DNA from: Isurus oxyrinchus
Lineage: Eukaryota
Direction: 5' to 3'
DNA: 64,000 nucleotides
Assembly (NCBI GenBank): GCA_026770705.1
Contig: JANJGN010000052.1
Location: 1,674,001 to 1,738,000 of the forward strand
In this document: piece by piece, positions 12,585 through 25,250 of the stretch
How the letters are laid out: each line of letters begins with the position of its first letter
How positions within the stretch are numbered: the first letter of the stretch is position 1
Translations under genes and position numbers: made by a program
The notes under the pieces: model-generated
Told to the model about the DNA's origin: nothing
Seen by the model: only the letters and a program-made list of their open reading frames with translations
Databases searched by the model: none

Positions 12585-13170
12585 TCACGGATTAGAATAT
12601 AAGGGGGCAGAGGTCATGCTTCAGTCTACATAAAGCCCTGGCTAGACCACACCTGGAGTCACTGTGAGACATTCTGGGCCCCACACCTTAGGAAGGATAT
12701 ATTGACCTCGGAGGGAGAGCAGTGTCAGTTTACCAGAATGAGACCGGGACTCCAAGGGTTAAATCACAAGGAGAGATTAAACACAAACTCGGCTTGTATT
12801 CCCTGGAAGTTAGAATGTTAAGCAGGGGATTTGATGAAAGTTCGCATGATATTAAGGGGAACAGATCGGGGGAGATAAAGAGAAACCATTTCCCCTGGTT
12901 GGGGGGAGTCTGGGACTCGGGGTCAGAGCCTAAAAAGGAATTAAATTAGGAAGTACAAAGGGTGGGAGAAATTTGGAACTCTCTTCCCCAAACAGGAACT
13001 GATGCACGATCAAGTTGTTCATTTTAAACCTGTGAGACTGATAGATTTTTGTTATCCAAAGGTATTAAAGGAGATGGGACAAAGGCATATGGGGCTAGTT
13101 TGCAGATCAGCCATGAGCTCATTGAATGGTGGAGCAGGCTCGAGGGGCCAAATGGCCTCCTCCTACCCTC
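12585..13170 (+). mobile_element. CR1 LINE 3' fragment (also at 56826-57430 +, about 7990-8430 -, 47400-47590 +)
   Basis: LEYKGAEVMLQ..ALxRPHLE and LGLYSLE-type motifs; tail ggcggagcaggctcgaggggcc.aatggcct-like. Confidence 0.7.
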
Positions 13171-14139
13171 ATGTAATAGAAACTTACCTGTCAGAAGCCA
13201 GTTTATGTTGATGTGAGTCTGAGTCGATGACTGAACCCAGTTGGTAACTTGTTCCATACAAAGCAAGAACGTTCATGCCCTTCAATGTTCCTGGATAAAC
13301 CATTAACAAAGCTGGTGACAGACAGTCTCCACATGGTAAACACTGACCGATCAACACATGACATGGCTGTTAACCCCTAAACCTCAGCGTAAATCAGTTC
13401 CCCCTCGAGGCCCCTTGTCCGAAATAAAAGCAACGCACACAATTTGTAAAATAGTAAGTGTCTGGCAGGAAGGAGGAGCAATGAGAGGAGTAAGGGGTTA
13501 GGGGGCATGCGGTTCACCTGATTTGCCGACATTAGAACCAGCCCCTATGTTTTTGCTATGTTGTGTTGCATCAATATGAACACATATTTGCACAAGGTGA
13601 AGGGCGTTGCGGAGGGACTGATAGTTCTCGGCGCCAGACAGTCTATGTCCCAGTGACCTTACTGCTGGTCCCAGGCCAGTGGGACAGGGAACATCGACAC
13701 TGCAATATCCAGAAATGGGTGTGATACCACACAGCTACCCGCCCGCGGCTGTCCCCTTCAAGTGTTTCAGGTATAAGAGCAGGAAGCTCCTCTAGTTACA
13801 AACCAAAGCATCAAAGCAGAGCCAGAAGATCAGAAGAGACAGGCAGAGATGGGAAGCTCCCAGATGAAATGGCGACTTGTCTTGTCCACTCTGACTTTGC
13901 TGCTCTCCCTGCAGCTGAGTCACTTCTTCTCCTTGTCGAGGTTAAGCTAAGAGATGTCCCTCTGGGTGAGGTGTTTCTTGCACATGACTCTACGTCTACC
14001 ACCCAGATAGACTGGTCTCTTCCGCAGTTTGATATTATTATGTTCGTGCCTTTAATATTGTCGCCCTCTATGAATTTAACATCATTTCCTTCTGTCATTT
14101 CCCCTGAAATTCTCATTCTTGTTTTCAATCCCTCCTCAG

Positions 14140-15000
14140 CCACTCCCTATCTCTGTAACCTCCTCCAGCCCGTACAACCCTCCCTATCTCTGTAACCTCC
14201 TCCTGCCCCTACACCCCTCCCTATCTCTGTAACCTCCTCCAGCCCCTACACCCCTCCCTATCTCTGTAACCTCCTCCAGCCCCTACAACCCTCCCTATCT
14301 CTGTAACCTCCTCCAGCCCCTACAACCCTCCCTATCTCTGTAACATCCTCCAGCCCCTACAGCCCTCCCTATCTCTGTAACCTCCTCCAGCCCCTACACC
14401 CCTCCCTATCTCTGTAACCTCCTCCAGCCCCTACAACCCTCCCTATCTCTGTAACCTCTTCCAGCCCCTACAACCCTCCCTATCTCTGTAACCTCCTCCA
14501 GCCCCTACAACCCTCCCTATCTCTGTAACATCCTCCAGCCCCTACAACCCTCCCTATCTCTGAAACATCCTCCAGCCCCTACAACAATCTCTATCTCTGT
14601 AACTTCCTCCAGTCCCTACAACCCTCCCTATCTCCGTAGACCTCCTCCAGCCCCGACAACACTCCCTATCTCTGTAACCTCCTCCAGCCCCACAACCCTC
14701 CCTATCTCTGTAACCTGCTCCAGACCCTACAACCCTCCCTATCTCTGTAACCGCCTACAGTCCCTACAACACTCCCTATCTCTGTAATCTCCTCCAGCCC
14801 TTACAACCCTCCCTATCTCTGTAACCTCCTACAGCCTCTACAGCCCTCCCTATCTCTGTAACCTCCTCCAGCCCTTACAACCCTCCCTATCTCTGTAACC
14901 TCCTACAGCCTCTACAACCCTCCCTATCTCTGTAACGTCCTACAGCCTCTACAACCCTCCCTATCTCTGTAACCTCCTCCAGCCCCCACAACCCTACCTA
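14140..15000 (-). repeat. The same 37-bp minisatellite in inverted orientation (also at 58385-59205, hepcidin intron 1)
   Basis: Unit tgtaacctcctccagcccctacaaccctccctatctc. Confidence 0.9.
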
Positions 15001-15059
15001 AATCACTGGTCTGAGTCTCACTCCAGGGAATTCAGTCCCATAATGTAGGTCAACGCTCC

Positions 15060-15620
15060 GTGCTGAGGGAGTGCTGCACTCTCAGAGGGTCAGTAGTGTG
15101 GAAGTGTTGCGCTGTTGGAGGGACAGTACTGAGGGAGTGCTATACTGTCGGAGGGTCAGTACTGAGGGAGTACTGCTGTGTTGAAGGGTTAGTACTGAAA
15201 TAGAGCTGCACTGATGGAGGGACAATACTGAGGGAGCGCAGCACTATCGAAGGGTTAATACTAAGGGAGTGCTGCAGTGTCAAAGGGTTAGTACTGAGGG
15301 AGCTCAACAATGTTGAATGAGACATTAAACTGAGTCCCCCGTCTGCCCTCTCGGGCGGGTGTGAAAGATCCCACAGCCACTATTTGGAGGAAGAGCAGGG
15401 GGAGTTCTCCCCGGTGTCCTGGGACCAATATTTATCCCTCACCCAACATCACTAAAAAGCAGATGATCTAGGCCATGATCACATTGCTATTTGTGGGATC
15501 TTGCTGTGCACAAATCAGCTGCCACATTTCCTACAGTGTGAGTGCACTTCAAAAACATCCTTCAGTGGCTGTGAAATGCTTTGGGATGTGGTGAAAGGCG
15601 TTAGAGAAATGCAAGTCTGT
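15060..15620 (+). mobile_element. DeuSINE (SacSINE1/AmnSINE1-like) copy; others at about 59265-59920 (+), 61620-62300 (+), 4970-5210 (-), 52875-53115 (-)
   Basis: Recognisable core gaagagcagggg..tctccccggtgtcctgg..aatatttatccctc..acattgct.tttgtggga.cttgctgtg and tail aaaggcg.tagagaaatgcaagt. Confidence 0.7.
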
Positions 15621-16519
15621 CTTCCTCCCCCTCTCTCTCTCCTGTACCTCTCTCTCTCTCTCTCCCTCTCCCTCAATCCTCCTCTCACTTTCTCCCTGAT
15701 AAATTCTTTCTTTTTGCAGGTTGACACTGCTTTAGGTTCTTCGACGATTGAGAAATCTGTGGATTCCCCGGACACGGTAGGTGGAAATTCATTCCTTATT
15801 TTAAGGTTCCTCCCTGCTCGTTTCTTCCACAGAAAGTTTTCTGATTTCAAGCTGATTTCAGTGGCAGTCTGTCTCGGTTATACTCAGGAGGCATGTTTGA
15901 AATCGAGCCCCCCCCAACTTTTTTTTGCAAAGCTGGGAAGAGACAATTCCAAGGAAGTGAACATATCCCCACAGGAATTTTAAATGTAACCCACGCCGGG
16001 AATAGTGAGAGGGAGACTGATCCAGCCTGGGAGTGGGTTAAAGAGAGGCTGGGAGTCGAGAGTCGGAGAGAGGGATGGAATGGGGGAGGGAGGGATTGGA
16101 AGAGAGAGACAGAGAGTGGGACGGGGAGGGGTGAAAGGGAAAGAACATAGGTGGGAGAGAGTGACAGAGGGAGAAATTAAAGAAGTGATGCAGAGTGAGG
16201 GAAAGTGAAAAGGGAAGAGAGATTGTCCAAGAGAGAGAAATTAACAGAAAAGGGAGAGTTACAGAGTGAGCGAAAGGTACAAAAATAGTGTGAGAGAGAG
16301 GGAGAGATACAGAGTGGGAGAAGGAGACAGGGGAGAGAGAGGGAGAGAGACAGGAAAAGGGAGAGAGGAGAGAAAGATTGGGAGAGAGGGCAATTGAGAG
16401 GAAGAGTAGGAGAGAGAGAGACAGGGAGAGGCGGAGTGGATGAGAGGAAGAGAGAGAGAGATATGGAGCAGGAGAACACCTCCTCCGGTCCCGATGTTCC
16501 TCCAAAATCTCTGACATTA

Positions 16520-16810
16520 CTGCATCTCCCGGGTCCCCCTGATTCCCATCGCTCCACCATTGGTGGCCGTGCCTTCAGCTGCCTGGGGCCCTGAGCTCCG
16601 GAATACCCTCCCTTAACCTCTCTGCCTCTCTCTCTCTCTCTCCTTTAAGACGCTCCTTAAAAACTGACATCTTTGACCAAGCTTTTGGTCACCTAACCCT
16701 AATATCTCCATATGTGACTCAGTGTTAGACTTCTCTCTGATTTACGCTCCGGTAATGTGGGCGGGGACATTTTGCAATATCAGAGGCGCTGTGTAAATGC
16801 AAGTTGTGAG
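16520..16810 (+). mobile_element. L2-like LINE 3' fragment (also at about 60820-61120)
   Basis: IGGRAFSCLGP followed by tcctttaagacgctccttaaaa...tttgaccaagctttt. Confidence 0.55.
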
Positions 16811-18006
16811 TGTTATGTGGAAGGGAGACCCCAGGCGGCAGTCAGTGCCAGAGACTGGAGTCATTGTGTGCAGACCATATCTAATCTCTCCGAATGCACA
16901 ATCGGTTTGACTGTCAGCCAAAGCACTTTTGATATTTGATCCTTCTAACTGTTTATAACCAGGCCTACATCAAACACCGAGAGGCTGGTTAATCAACAGA
17001 CACCTTAGAGGATCGAGTGAAAGACAAAGAGGACTTGCATTTCTCTAGCGCCTTCCAACACATCAGGACGTCCCAAAGTGTTTCGCAGACAATCAAGTGG
17101 TTTTTTTCTTTCATGTGAGGTCACTGATGTACTGTGGGAAAAGAATCAGCCATTGGCGCACAGTAAGATCCCACAGACAGCAGCATGATAATGACCAGCG
17201 CGCTCCCAGTACTTGCACTGCAAGTGTCAGTTCAGGATGTGTGCTCGATTCTCTGCAACTCTCAGCTCTGAGTTAAAAGGACCACCAGGCATAATTGAGA
17301 AATTACCGAGCTGTCGGAGGGTCAGTACCGGCGGGGGGGCAGGACAGTCGGAGGGTCAGTACTGAGGGGGTGCTGCATTGTCAGACGGTCAGTCTTGGAG
17401 TGCTGCACTGTCAGAGGGTCAGTACCGGCGGGGGACTGCACAGTCGGAGGGTCAGTACTGAGGGGGTGCTGCATTGTCAGACGGTCAGTACTGAGGGAGT
17501 GCTGCACTGTCAGAGGGTCAGGGCTAAGGGAGTGCTGCACTGATGGAGGGTCAGTACTGAGTGAGTGCTGCACTGTCAGAGGGTCAGTGCTAAGGGATTG
17601 CTGCACTGTTGGAGGGTCAGTACTGAGTGAGCGCTGCACTGATGGAGGGTCAGTTCCGAGGGAGTGCTGCACTGTCAGAGGGTCAGTGCTAAGGAAGTGC
17701 TGCACTGTCAGAGGGTCAGTGCTAAGGAAGTGCTGCACTGTACAGAGGGAGTGTGAGACTGACAGAGGGTCAGTAATGAGGGAGTGTGAGACTGACAGAG
17801 GGTCACTATTGAGGATGTGCTGCACAGTCGGGGGGGTCAGTACTGAGGGAGCACTGCACTGCCATAGGTGGTTTCTTTCAGATGACATGAGAGAGAGGGT
17901 TAAACCCACTGAGACAAGACTGACACTAATGAGGCTGCTCAATAATTTAACCCTATCAGTGCCAGTAAATAATGTGAGGATGTCTTCTGTTTCCATTTCT
18001 CTGTAG

Positions 18007-18255
18007 GGTAAACAGAACGTGCTGATTACTGAGCCCCGGAACACAACCAGAGACACAACTAGTGAGGGGGAGACCCCAGCTCCCCGGGGTCTCTCTGAAG
18101 GTGCATTGGGAGGCGATGCTGGACATTGGCACATCGACAATCCCAACGGCCTTCTCTACGCCAATCCCCAAGTATTGAGGATGTCCAGTGATGATGGGTC
18201 TGTCCACAGGGAAGAGGAGACGGAATACGCACAGATCAGGTTCGAGCATAACTGA
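18007..18255 (+). pseudogene. Orphan Siglec terminal cytoplasmic exon copy (LLYANP, TEYAQI)
   Basis: Paralogous to 45284-45532 with acceptor and frame intact. No TM or Ig exons seen upstream. Confidence 0.75.
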
Positions 18256-18452
18256 ATGAGAAATGGGGAGTGAGAGTGAGGAGGTGTGGGGGTGGGGGTA
18301 GTGATTGAGATTCCTGGGAACAGGAAACAACCCACCGGGGGACAGGGGGAGAGAGGGAGGAAGGGATGCGATTGGGCTGCGGTTGGTGTGGTTTGGAATG
18401 AAATGCTTCTCCAGAGAGGACTGGATGCTGAGCCACTGGGGATAGAGATTCA

Positions 18453-18491
<39 letters not shown>

Positions 18492-18829
18492 TCTTTGTCT
18501 TTCTTTCTGTGTCTGTCACTCATTCTCTATCTCCAGCTCCTCCTTTAAGATGCCCGTTAATAACTGACTTTGTTGACTCAGCTGTTGGTCTCCTGTCCCT
18601 TATATCTCCTCATGTGCCTCAGAGTCAGGTGAAGATGTGACTAACAATTCCCGGATGAGCCTTGGGACATTTTGCTACATTAAAGGTGCTATATAAATGC
18701 AAGTAGTTGCAGTAAGTCTGATCTGCTTCGATTAACAATGGAACCACAAAGGCTCCTTCGACAGGGCGTGTGTGCAGGAGGATCCCAATAAATACATTGA
18801 GCTGTGAGATTTTTAATTCTTACATCGAA

Positions 18830-19278
18830 TGTGGCTGTCACTGGTGATGCCAGCATTAATGCCCATCCCTAATTGCCCTTGAGAAGGTGGTGGTGATCAG
18901 CCTTCTTGACCCACTGCAGTCCATGTGGTGTAGGTACACCCACAGTGCTGTTAGGGAGGGAGTTCCAGGATTTTGACCCAGTGACAGTGAAGGAACGATG
19001 ATATATTTCCAAGTCAGGATGGTGAGTGGCTTGGAGGGGAACTTCCAGGTGGTGGTGTTCCCATGTGTCTGCTGCCCTTGTCCTTCTAGATGGTAGAGGT
19101 CGTGGGTTTGGAAGGTGCTGTTGAAGGAGCCTTGCTGAGTTGCTGCAGTGCATCTTGTAGATGGTACACACACTGCTTCCACTGTGTGTTCGTTGTGGAG
19201 GGAGTGAATGTTTAATGTGGTGGATGGGGTGTAGATCAATCGGGCTGCTTTGTCCTGGATGGTGTCAAGCTTCTTGAT
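18830..19278 (-). mobile_element. HER1-like LINE 3' end fragment (also at about 22060-22320 +, 46810-46955 +)
   Basis: ORF2 C-terminal-like ...GSKSWNSLPNSTVG...HHHLLKGN, with the tail shared with the HE1-like SINE. Confidence 0.65.
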
Positions 19279-19410
19279 TCTGTGCTTTGTATAGAACTGA
19301 TTTAAAGAGACAGTCCCAGTCGTTGGTCTAAGATTACAGTGGGCTCTGTGTCTGTGCTACACTGACTCTCTGCTATATGATAACCACAGTGTGATATTTT
19401 GTTATTACAG

Positions 19411-19492
19411 GAGAAAGACAGCGATGGAGGAGAGAGTTTCAGGGACCAGTGACATTGTATTGACCCCCAGTCCACTCTCTGTGAAGCACCAG
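19411..19492 (+). pseudogene. Orphan Siglec juxtamembrane cytoplasmic exon copy
   Basis: Identical by eye to 44154-44235, including about 85 nt of downstream intron. Confidence 0.78.
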
Positions 19493-20940
19493 GTACAGGA
19501 GCTGTTTACACTCACTCCAAAGCTTCTATCTCAGTGTGTAGACAACACATGTCCCAGATTCCCAGCCAGGTTACCCACTGATTTGTACCTGTGGAGTCAG
19601 CAATGGTTCAGTATCATGCTGTCTCTCTGTTATGTCACAGCAACTGGTAAAGGCTGTTGTTTAAAATCCCAGAGGGAAACTTTAAACAACTGTCATAACC
19701 TATATTTCCCAGTGGAATGTTTGAGATGCAGCTCTAAATTCAGGAATAAGACCATCAGTTCTTGAGATGGGTTTATATCAAACTACATGAGACATTTATT
19801 AATTTTCACAAGTTAATCATATGCACATGGCTACAAGCTAGTACTATCATAACTTTTTAACAAATTCCCAAACTAACGTCCTCTAAGACAACCCATAGAC
19901 TTTAAGCAGATTCCAAGCGAAGCATTTTCACCTCACAAATTCCAAATGAGGTTCCTTTCACTTTGGTTCCTTTGCAGACAGGTGTAGGCTTACAGCTGCT
20001 TTGATGTTACAAGCCTCTGCTCTGCACACACAAAACTGCTCAAGTTATACCCAGCTCTTCTCTTTGAATGTAAATTCTCATTGTATCATCAGGACCTTTG
20101 ATCTCCATCTCTTCTAACTATAAATCCCGTTTCATAGTATCAATTTTATTAGTAATATAAACATTGATTGGTTTAAGAATTCACTCCCAGGCTTTGAATC
20201 CTCCTTTTAAAAATGCAATATGCCTCTTTACCTCTTTGTTTACATCTCAAAACTACTATACATAAAAGTACCCAGACCGGCTGGCTTTAATCCAATTAAA
20301 ACACACACACACACACCCACAGACTAAACCTCTGTTTAAAAAGACAATTTCCAATTACAATACATACATTAATAGATTCATAACGCTCAGTCTCTGACCC
20401 TTCATCTCTCTCTCTCTCTCTCATCCTCTCTCTGATTACAAGATTCATGTTATTGAGCCTCACACCAGGCACCTGAGTGCAGAATCCAAGCCGACACTCG
20501 CCAGAGCCATTACCGAGGGAGTGCGAGACTGACAGAGGGTCAGTACTGAGGGAGTGCTGCACTGTCAGAGGGTCAGTACTGAGGGAGTGTTGCACTGTCA
20601 GAGGGTCAGTACTGAGGAAGACCTGTACTGTCGGAGGGTCAGTACTGAGGGAGCGCTGCACTGCTGGAGGGTCAGTACTGAGGGAGCGCTGCACTGTCGG
20701 AGGGTCAGTACTGAGGGAGTGCTGCACTGTTGGATGGTCAGCATTGAGGAAGTGCTGCACTATCGAAGGGTCAGTACTGAGGGAGCACTGCACTGCCATA
20801 GGTGTTTTCTTTCATAAGACATGTGAGAGAGGGTTAAACCCACTGACCCACGACTGACACTAACGAGGCTGCAGAATATTTTAACCCTATCAGTGCCAGT
20901 AAATGATGTGAGGATGCCTTCTGTTTCCATTTCTCTGTAG

Positions 20941-21189
20941 GGTAAACAGAACGTGCTGATTACTGAGCCCCGGAACACAACCAGAGACACAACTAGCGAG
21001 GGGGAGACCCCAGCTCCCCAGGGTGTCTCTGAATGTGCAGTGGGAGGCAATGCTGGACATGGGAACCCCGACAATCCTGACGAGTTTCTCTACGCCAATC
21101 CCCAAGTCTTCAGGGTGCCCAGTGGTGATGGGTCTGTCCACAGGGAAGAGCAGACGGAATACGCACAGATCAGATTCAAGAGAAACTGA
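20941..21189 (+). pseudogene. Second orphan Siglec terminal exon copy (FLYANP, TEYAQI)
   Basis: Paralogous to 45284-45532 and in phase with the exon at 19411. Confidence 0.75.
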
Positions 21190-22359
21190 GCGTGAAAAAG
21201 GCAGAGGTGGTCAGGAGGTTTGTGGATGGTGGCAGGGATGAAGATTCTTGGGAACATGAGACAACCCACTGGGGGAGAGGGGGAGAGAGGGAGGAAGGGA
21301 CTGAATGGGTCTGTGGTTGGTGTGGTTTGGAATGAAATGTTTCCCCAGTGACGACTTGATGCTGAGTCATTGGGGACAGAGATTCAGTNNNNNNNNNNNN
21401 NNNNNNNNNNNNNNNNNNNNNNNNNNNNNNNNNNNNNNNNNNNNNNNNNNNNNNNNNNNNNNNNNNNNNNNNNNNNNNNNNNNNNNNNNNNNNNNNNNNN
21501 NNNNNNNNNNNNNNNNNNNNNNNNNNNNNNNNNNNNNNNNNNNNNNNNNNNNNNNNNNNNNNNNNNNNATTAACTGGCTTTGTGAAATCAGCTTTTTGTC
21601 ACCTGTCCCTAATACCTCATTATGTGTCTCTGAGATGGATTTATATGTAGGTAACAATCCCCTGAAGAGATTTGGGACAGTTTGTTACATTAAGTGTGCC
21701 ATATAAATGCAAGTTGTTGCAGGAAAGTTGATTTGCCTCGATTCAGAATGGTAATTCGGAGGGTCCATCGACAGGGCGTGTGTGCAACAGCCTCGCAATA
21801 AATGCATTGCACGGCAACAACTAAGCATGTCCTTTGATGCTGATGCATCCCAGTACTGCTGTGTGGACACATCACAACCGAGGGACTGCCTGACTGCGTG
21901 CAGCCAACATGGCCGAATAGTAATTAGCAGAAATGTGATGTCACTGAACTTTGTTGACATTTCAGAAAGTGCTTTCTGAATTCTGCAACTTGTTTATTCT
22001 GTGATAGATTACAAGAAGCCTTTGCATTTTCTATAATATTACATTTATTGTCACAAGGGATTGAAATGCCCAGACACCACCACCTGGAAGTTCGCCTCCA
22101 AGCCACACATCATCCTGATTTTGAAATATATCGCCGTCCCTTCACTGCCACTAGGGTCAAAATCTTGGACTTCCTTCTCTAACTGCATTGTGGGTGTACC
22201 TACACCACATGGAGTGCAGAGGGTCCGGAAGGCAGCTCACCACCACCTTCTCAAGGTAATTAAGGATGGGCCATAAATGCTGGCCTAGCCAGTGATGCCC
22301 ACTTCCCATGGAAGAATGAATATATAAAATATAAAGTTGGAACAAATGAATGAAGTCAT

Positions 22360-25250
22360 AGCACAAATAGAGATTAATGGGTACGATAAGATGGACACTG
22401 CAGAGAGTTGGTTGCAAGGTGACCAAGGTTGGAAATTGAAAATTGAAGGATATTTGGAATCTTTGAAAGGATAGGAAAAATGAAAAGGAGGTGGGGTAGC
22501 TCTGTTAATAAAAGATGAGACCTGTAAAATAGTGAGAAATGATCTTGGCTCAGATGTCAAGATGCACAGTCAGTTTGGGTGAACATAAGGAATTGCAAGG
22601 GAAAGAAATCACTGGTGGGTTGGTTTATACTCCCCCCTGAATGTAGTTACACTGCAGGGGTAGATTATAAATCAATACATGAGGAGGTTTATGAGAAAGG
22701 CACCACATTAATCATGGGAGTTTTCAATCGTCATATGGATTAGCCAAATCAGATTAGCAAATGTAGCTTTCAGCGAGGTTATACAGATTGTATTCAGGAC
22801 AGTATTTTAGAACAATCCAACATGGAACCAACCAGGGAAGAGGCTGTTTTAGTCCTGGCAATGTTTAATGAGACAAGACTAATTAACATCTCATTGTAAA
22901 GGACCCTCAAGGGAAGAGTAATCATACGGTGTTGAAATTTAATATTCAGTTTAGAAACTTGGTTCTTAAGCTAGTGTCACAAACTTAACTAAAGGCAATT
23001 ACAAGGGTTAAAAGTAGAGTCGGCCCAAGTAGAGTGGGACAGCAGGTTAAAGTGGGGGGGGGGGGTGTAGATGAGGAGTAACAGGTGTCTAAAGAGATGT
23101 TTCATAAATTCCAATGACGATATTTTCCAGTAAGAAAGAAAGAATCTATAAGAAGGATGGAGCATCGGCGGCTAACTCAGGAAGCTAAGGACGGTATCCA
23201 ATTGTGAGATAAAGCCGGCAATGTTGGGATGCTTAGTGATAGGCTGGAGATTGGGAATATTTGAGAAACCAGAAAAGTGAGGGGAGAAATATAAGGAGGC
23301 AGAAATGATGATATGAGAGTAAACTAGCAAGAACCATAAACAATGACAGTGAGATGTTGTACATTAAGATAAGAGAGAAGCTACAGTAATAATGGGACAC
23401 ATAGAAAATCAGACTGGGGAATTAATAATGGGAAACAAGGAAATGACAGAGACTTTCAACAAGAATTTTGTGTCTGTCTTCACAGTAAAAATCTCTAAAA
23501 CCATCCCAATAGCAGGAGAAAGTCACGGTGCAACAAGGAGGGAGGAACATAAAACAATCACTATCACCAGAGAAAAAGTATTAAGAAAACTAATGAGACA
23601 AATGCTGACAAGTCCCATGGAGCAGACGGCCTGAATGTGAGGGTCTGAAAGGAAATGGCTGCAGAGACAGTGGATGCATTGGTTGTAATCTTCCAGAATT
23701 CCTTAGATTATGGGAAGGTCCCAGTGGATTGGAAAAACATAAATAAAACACTTCTGTTCAATAAAGGGGGGAGGTAGAAAGCAAGAAACTACAGGTCAGT
23801 TAGTCTAACATCTGTCATTGGGAAAATACCAGAATTCATTATGAAGGAGGGAGCAGCAGGACATTTAGAAATCCATAATTCAATCAGACAGAGTCAACAT
23901 GGGTTTGTGAAAGGGATATCATGTTTGAAAAAATAATTAGATTTCCTCGAGGATGTAACAAGTGGATTGGATAAAGGGGAACCTGTAGATGTGGTGTATT
24001 AGGGACTATGACACAGCCAAGGGTAAAGGCTGAGTTGTTCAAATCCCAGAGGGAAAATTGAAACAACTGTCATAACCCAATTTTGCTGTTTGTAATGTCG
24101 AGATGAAGACTTTGAATTCAGTAGGAATAAGACCACCGAGGATTGTGGGTTTTTTATATAAAACTAAATAGACCATTTATTAACTTAACAACAAAATTAA
24201 CATATACACATTGGCTACAAATAACTACTATAATAACTTTTTAACAAATCCCCCAACTAATCATCCCCATGTAAATCTCTACTAAGGCAACAATGAACCA
24301 TTGACATAATATAGACACCAGGCAAAGCACATTTGACATTACGAATTCCGAATGAGGTTCCTTTGCAAGTTGGTTGGAGGCTACAGGCTGGTTCGGTCTG
24401 AAATGCTCCTGCCTCACACACACAAACTCATTCCTTTATATAGCTAGCTTTCCCTTTGAATGTAAATTTTCCGTTGTATCACTCGGTCTTCTGAACTCCA
24501 CCTCTTCGAACAATAAAACCCCATTTCATAGCACCAATTTCATTAGTAAGTTCAAGAAAAAACACATCTTTTGGCTCCTTCTAACTAGGTGCAAGATTTT
24601 ACCCCCAGTCTGGAATGGTTTATTCAACAATTGCAAATGAACAATTTACTGTTCTCCTCACAATTCACCCAATTAACATCTCAAAACTACTAAACATCAA
24701 AGCACACAGACCAGCTGGCTTTAATCCAATTAAGACACACCCAGACACACACCTATACATGGACCACCACTAGAATTCTATTTTAAATAATAATTTCAAA
24801 GCACATTTTACACACAAATATCTCTTCATGACATTGGATTTCCAAAAGGCATTCGATAAGGTGCCACATCAAAGGATACAGCACAGGGTGAAATTGGATG
24901 GTGTTGGGGGGGATATATTAATACGGATAGAGGACTGGCTAACTGACAGGAAACAGAGAGCCAGGATAAATGGGTGATTTTCAGCTTGGTAAACTGTAAC
25001 TAGTGGAGAGCCACAGGGATCAGTGCTGAGGCCTCAACTATTCACAATCTACATTAGTGACTTGGATGAAGAGACTGACTGTACTGTAGGCAGATTTTCT
25101 GACTGTATGGTGAAGATAGGTAGGAAATATATAAGCTGTGCAGGAAAGCAAGTTGTGAGGAGGACACAAAGAGGCTGCAGAGGGAGATAAATAGTTTCAG
25201 TGAGTAGATAAAAAAATGAGTGGATGGAATATAAGGAATGAAAATGTCAG
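22360..25250 (+). mobile_element. Decayed CR1-clade LINE ORF2 (endonuclease and RT), interrupted by an insertion at about 24003-24833
   Basis: Remnants GGVALLIK, PTREEAVL, NYRSVSLTS, QHGF, DFQKAFDKVPH, SGEPQGSVLRP with many stops and frameshifts. Confidence 0.8.
24003..24833. mobile_element. LTR-like dispersed element nested in the CR1; related copies at about 19628-20385 and, reversed, near 49740-50042
   Basis: Shared ggtaaaggctg...aaatcccagagggaaa...aaacaactgtcataacc; it splits the CR1 DVVY|LDF motif. Confidence 0.5.

Larger units (their letters stand above)
13630..15776 (+). pseudogene. Truncated hepcidin duplicate: BMP element 13630-13644, TATA 13772, exon 1 13849-13941, exon 2 15720-15776, no exon 3
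   Basis: Near-identical to 57874-60078, but the exon-1 donor GTAAG is TTAAG (13942) and the signal peptide has F>S. Homology stops at about 17500, before the Cys-rich exon. Confidence 0.85.
10810..17510 (+). repeat. Segmental duplication block B (direct copy of about 55390-61920; hepcidin promoter to intron 2)
   Basis: Collinear near-identity except in minisatellite copy number. Confidence 0.9.

Noticed and set aside
13811-14195. ORF-track proteins of 108-110 aa overlapping hepcidin exon 1 (also 58113-58439)
   Set aside because: They are in the wrong frame or strand. The short signal-peptide frame with TATA box and donor site explains the region better.
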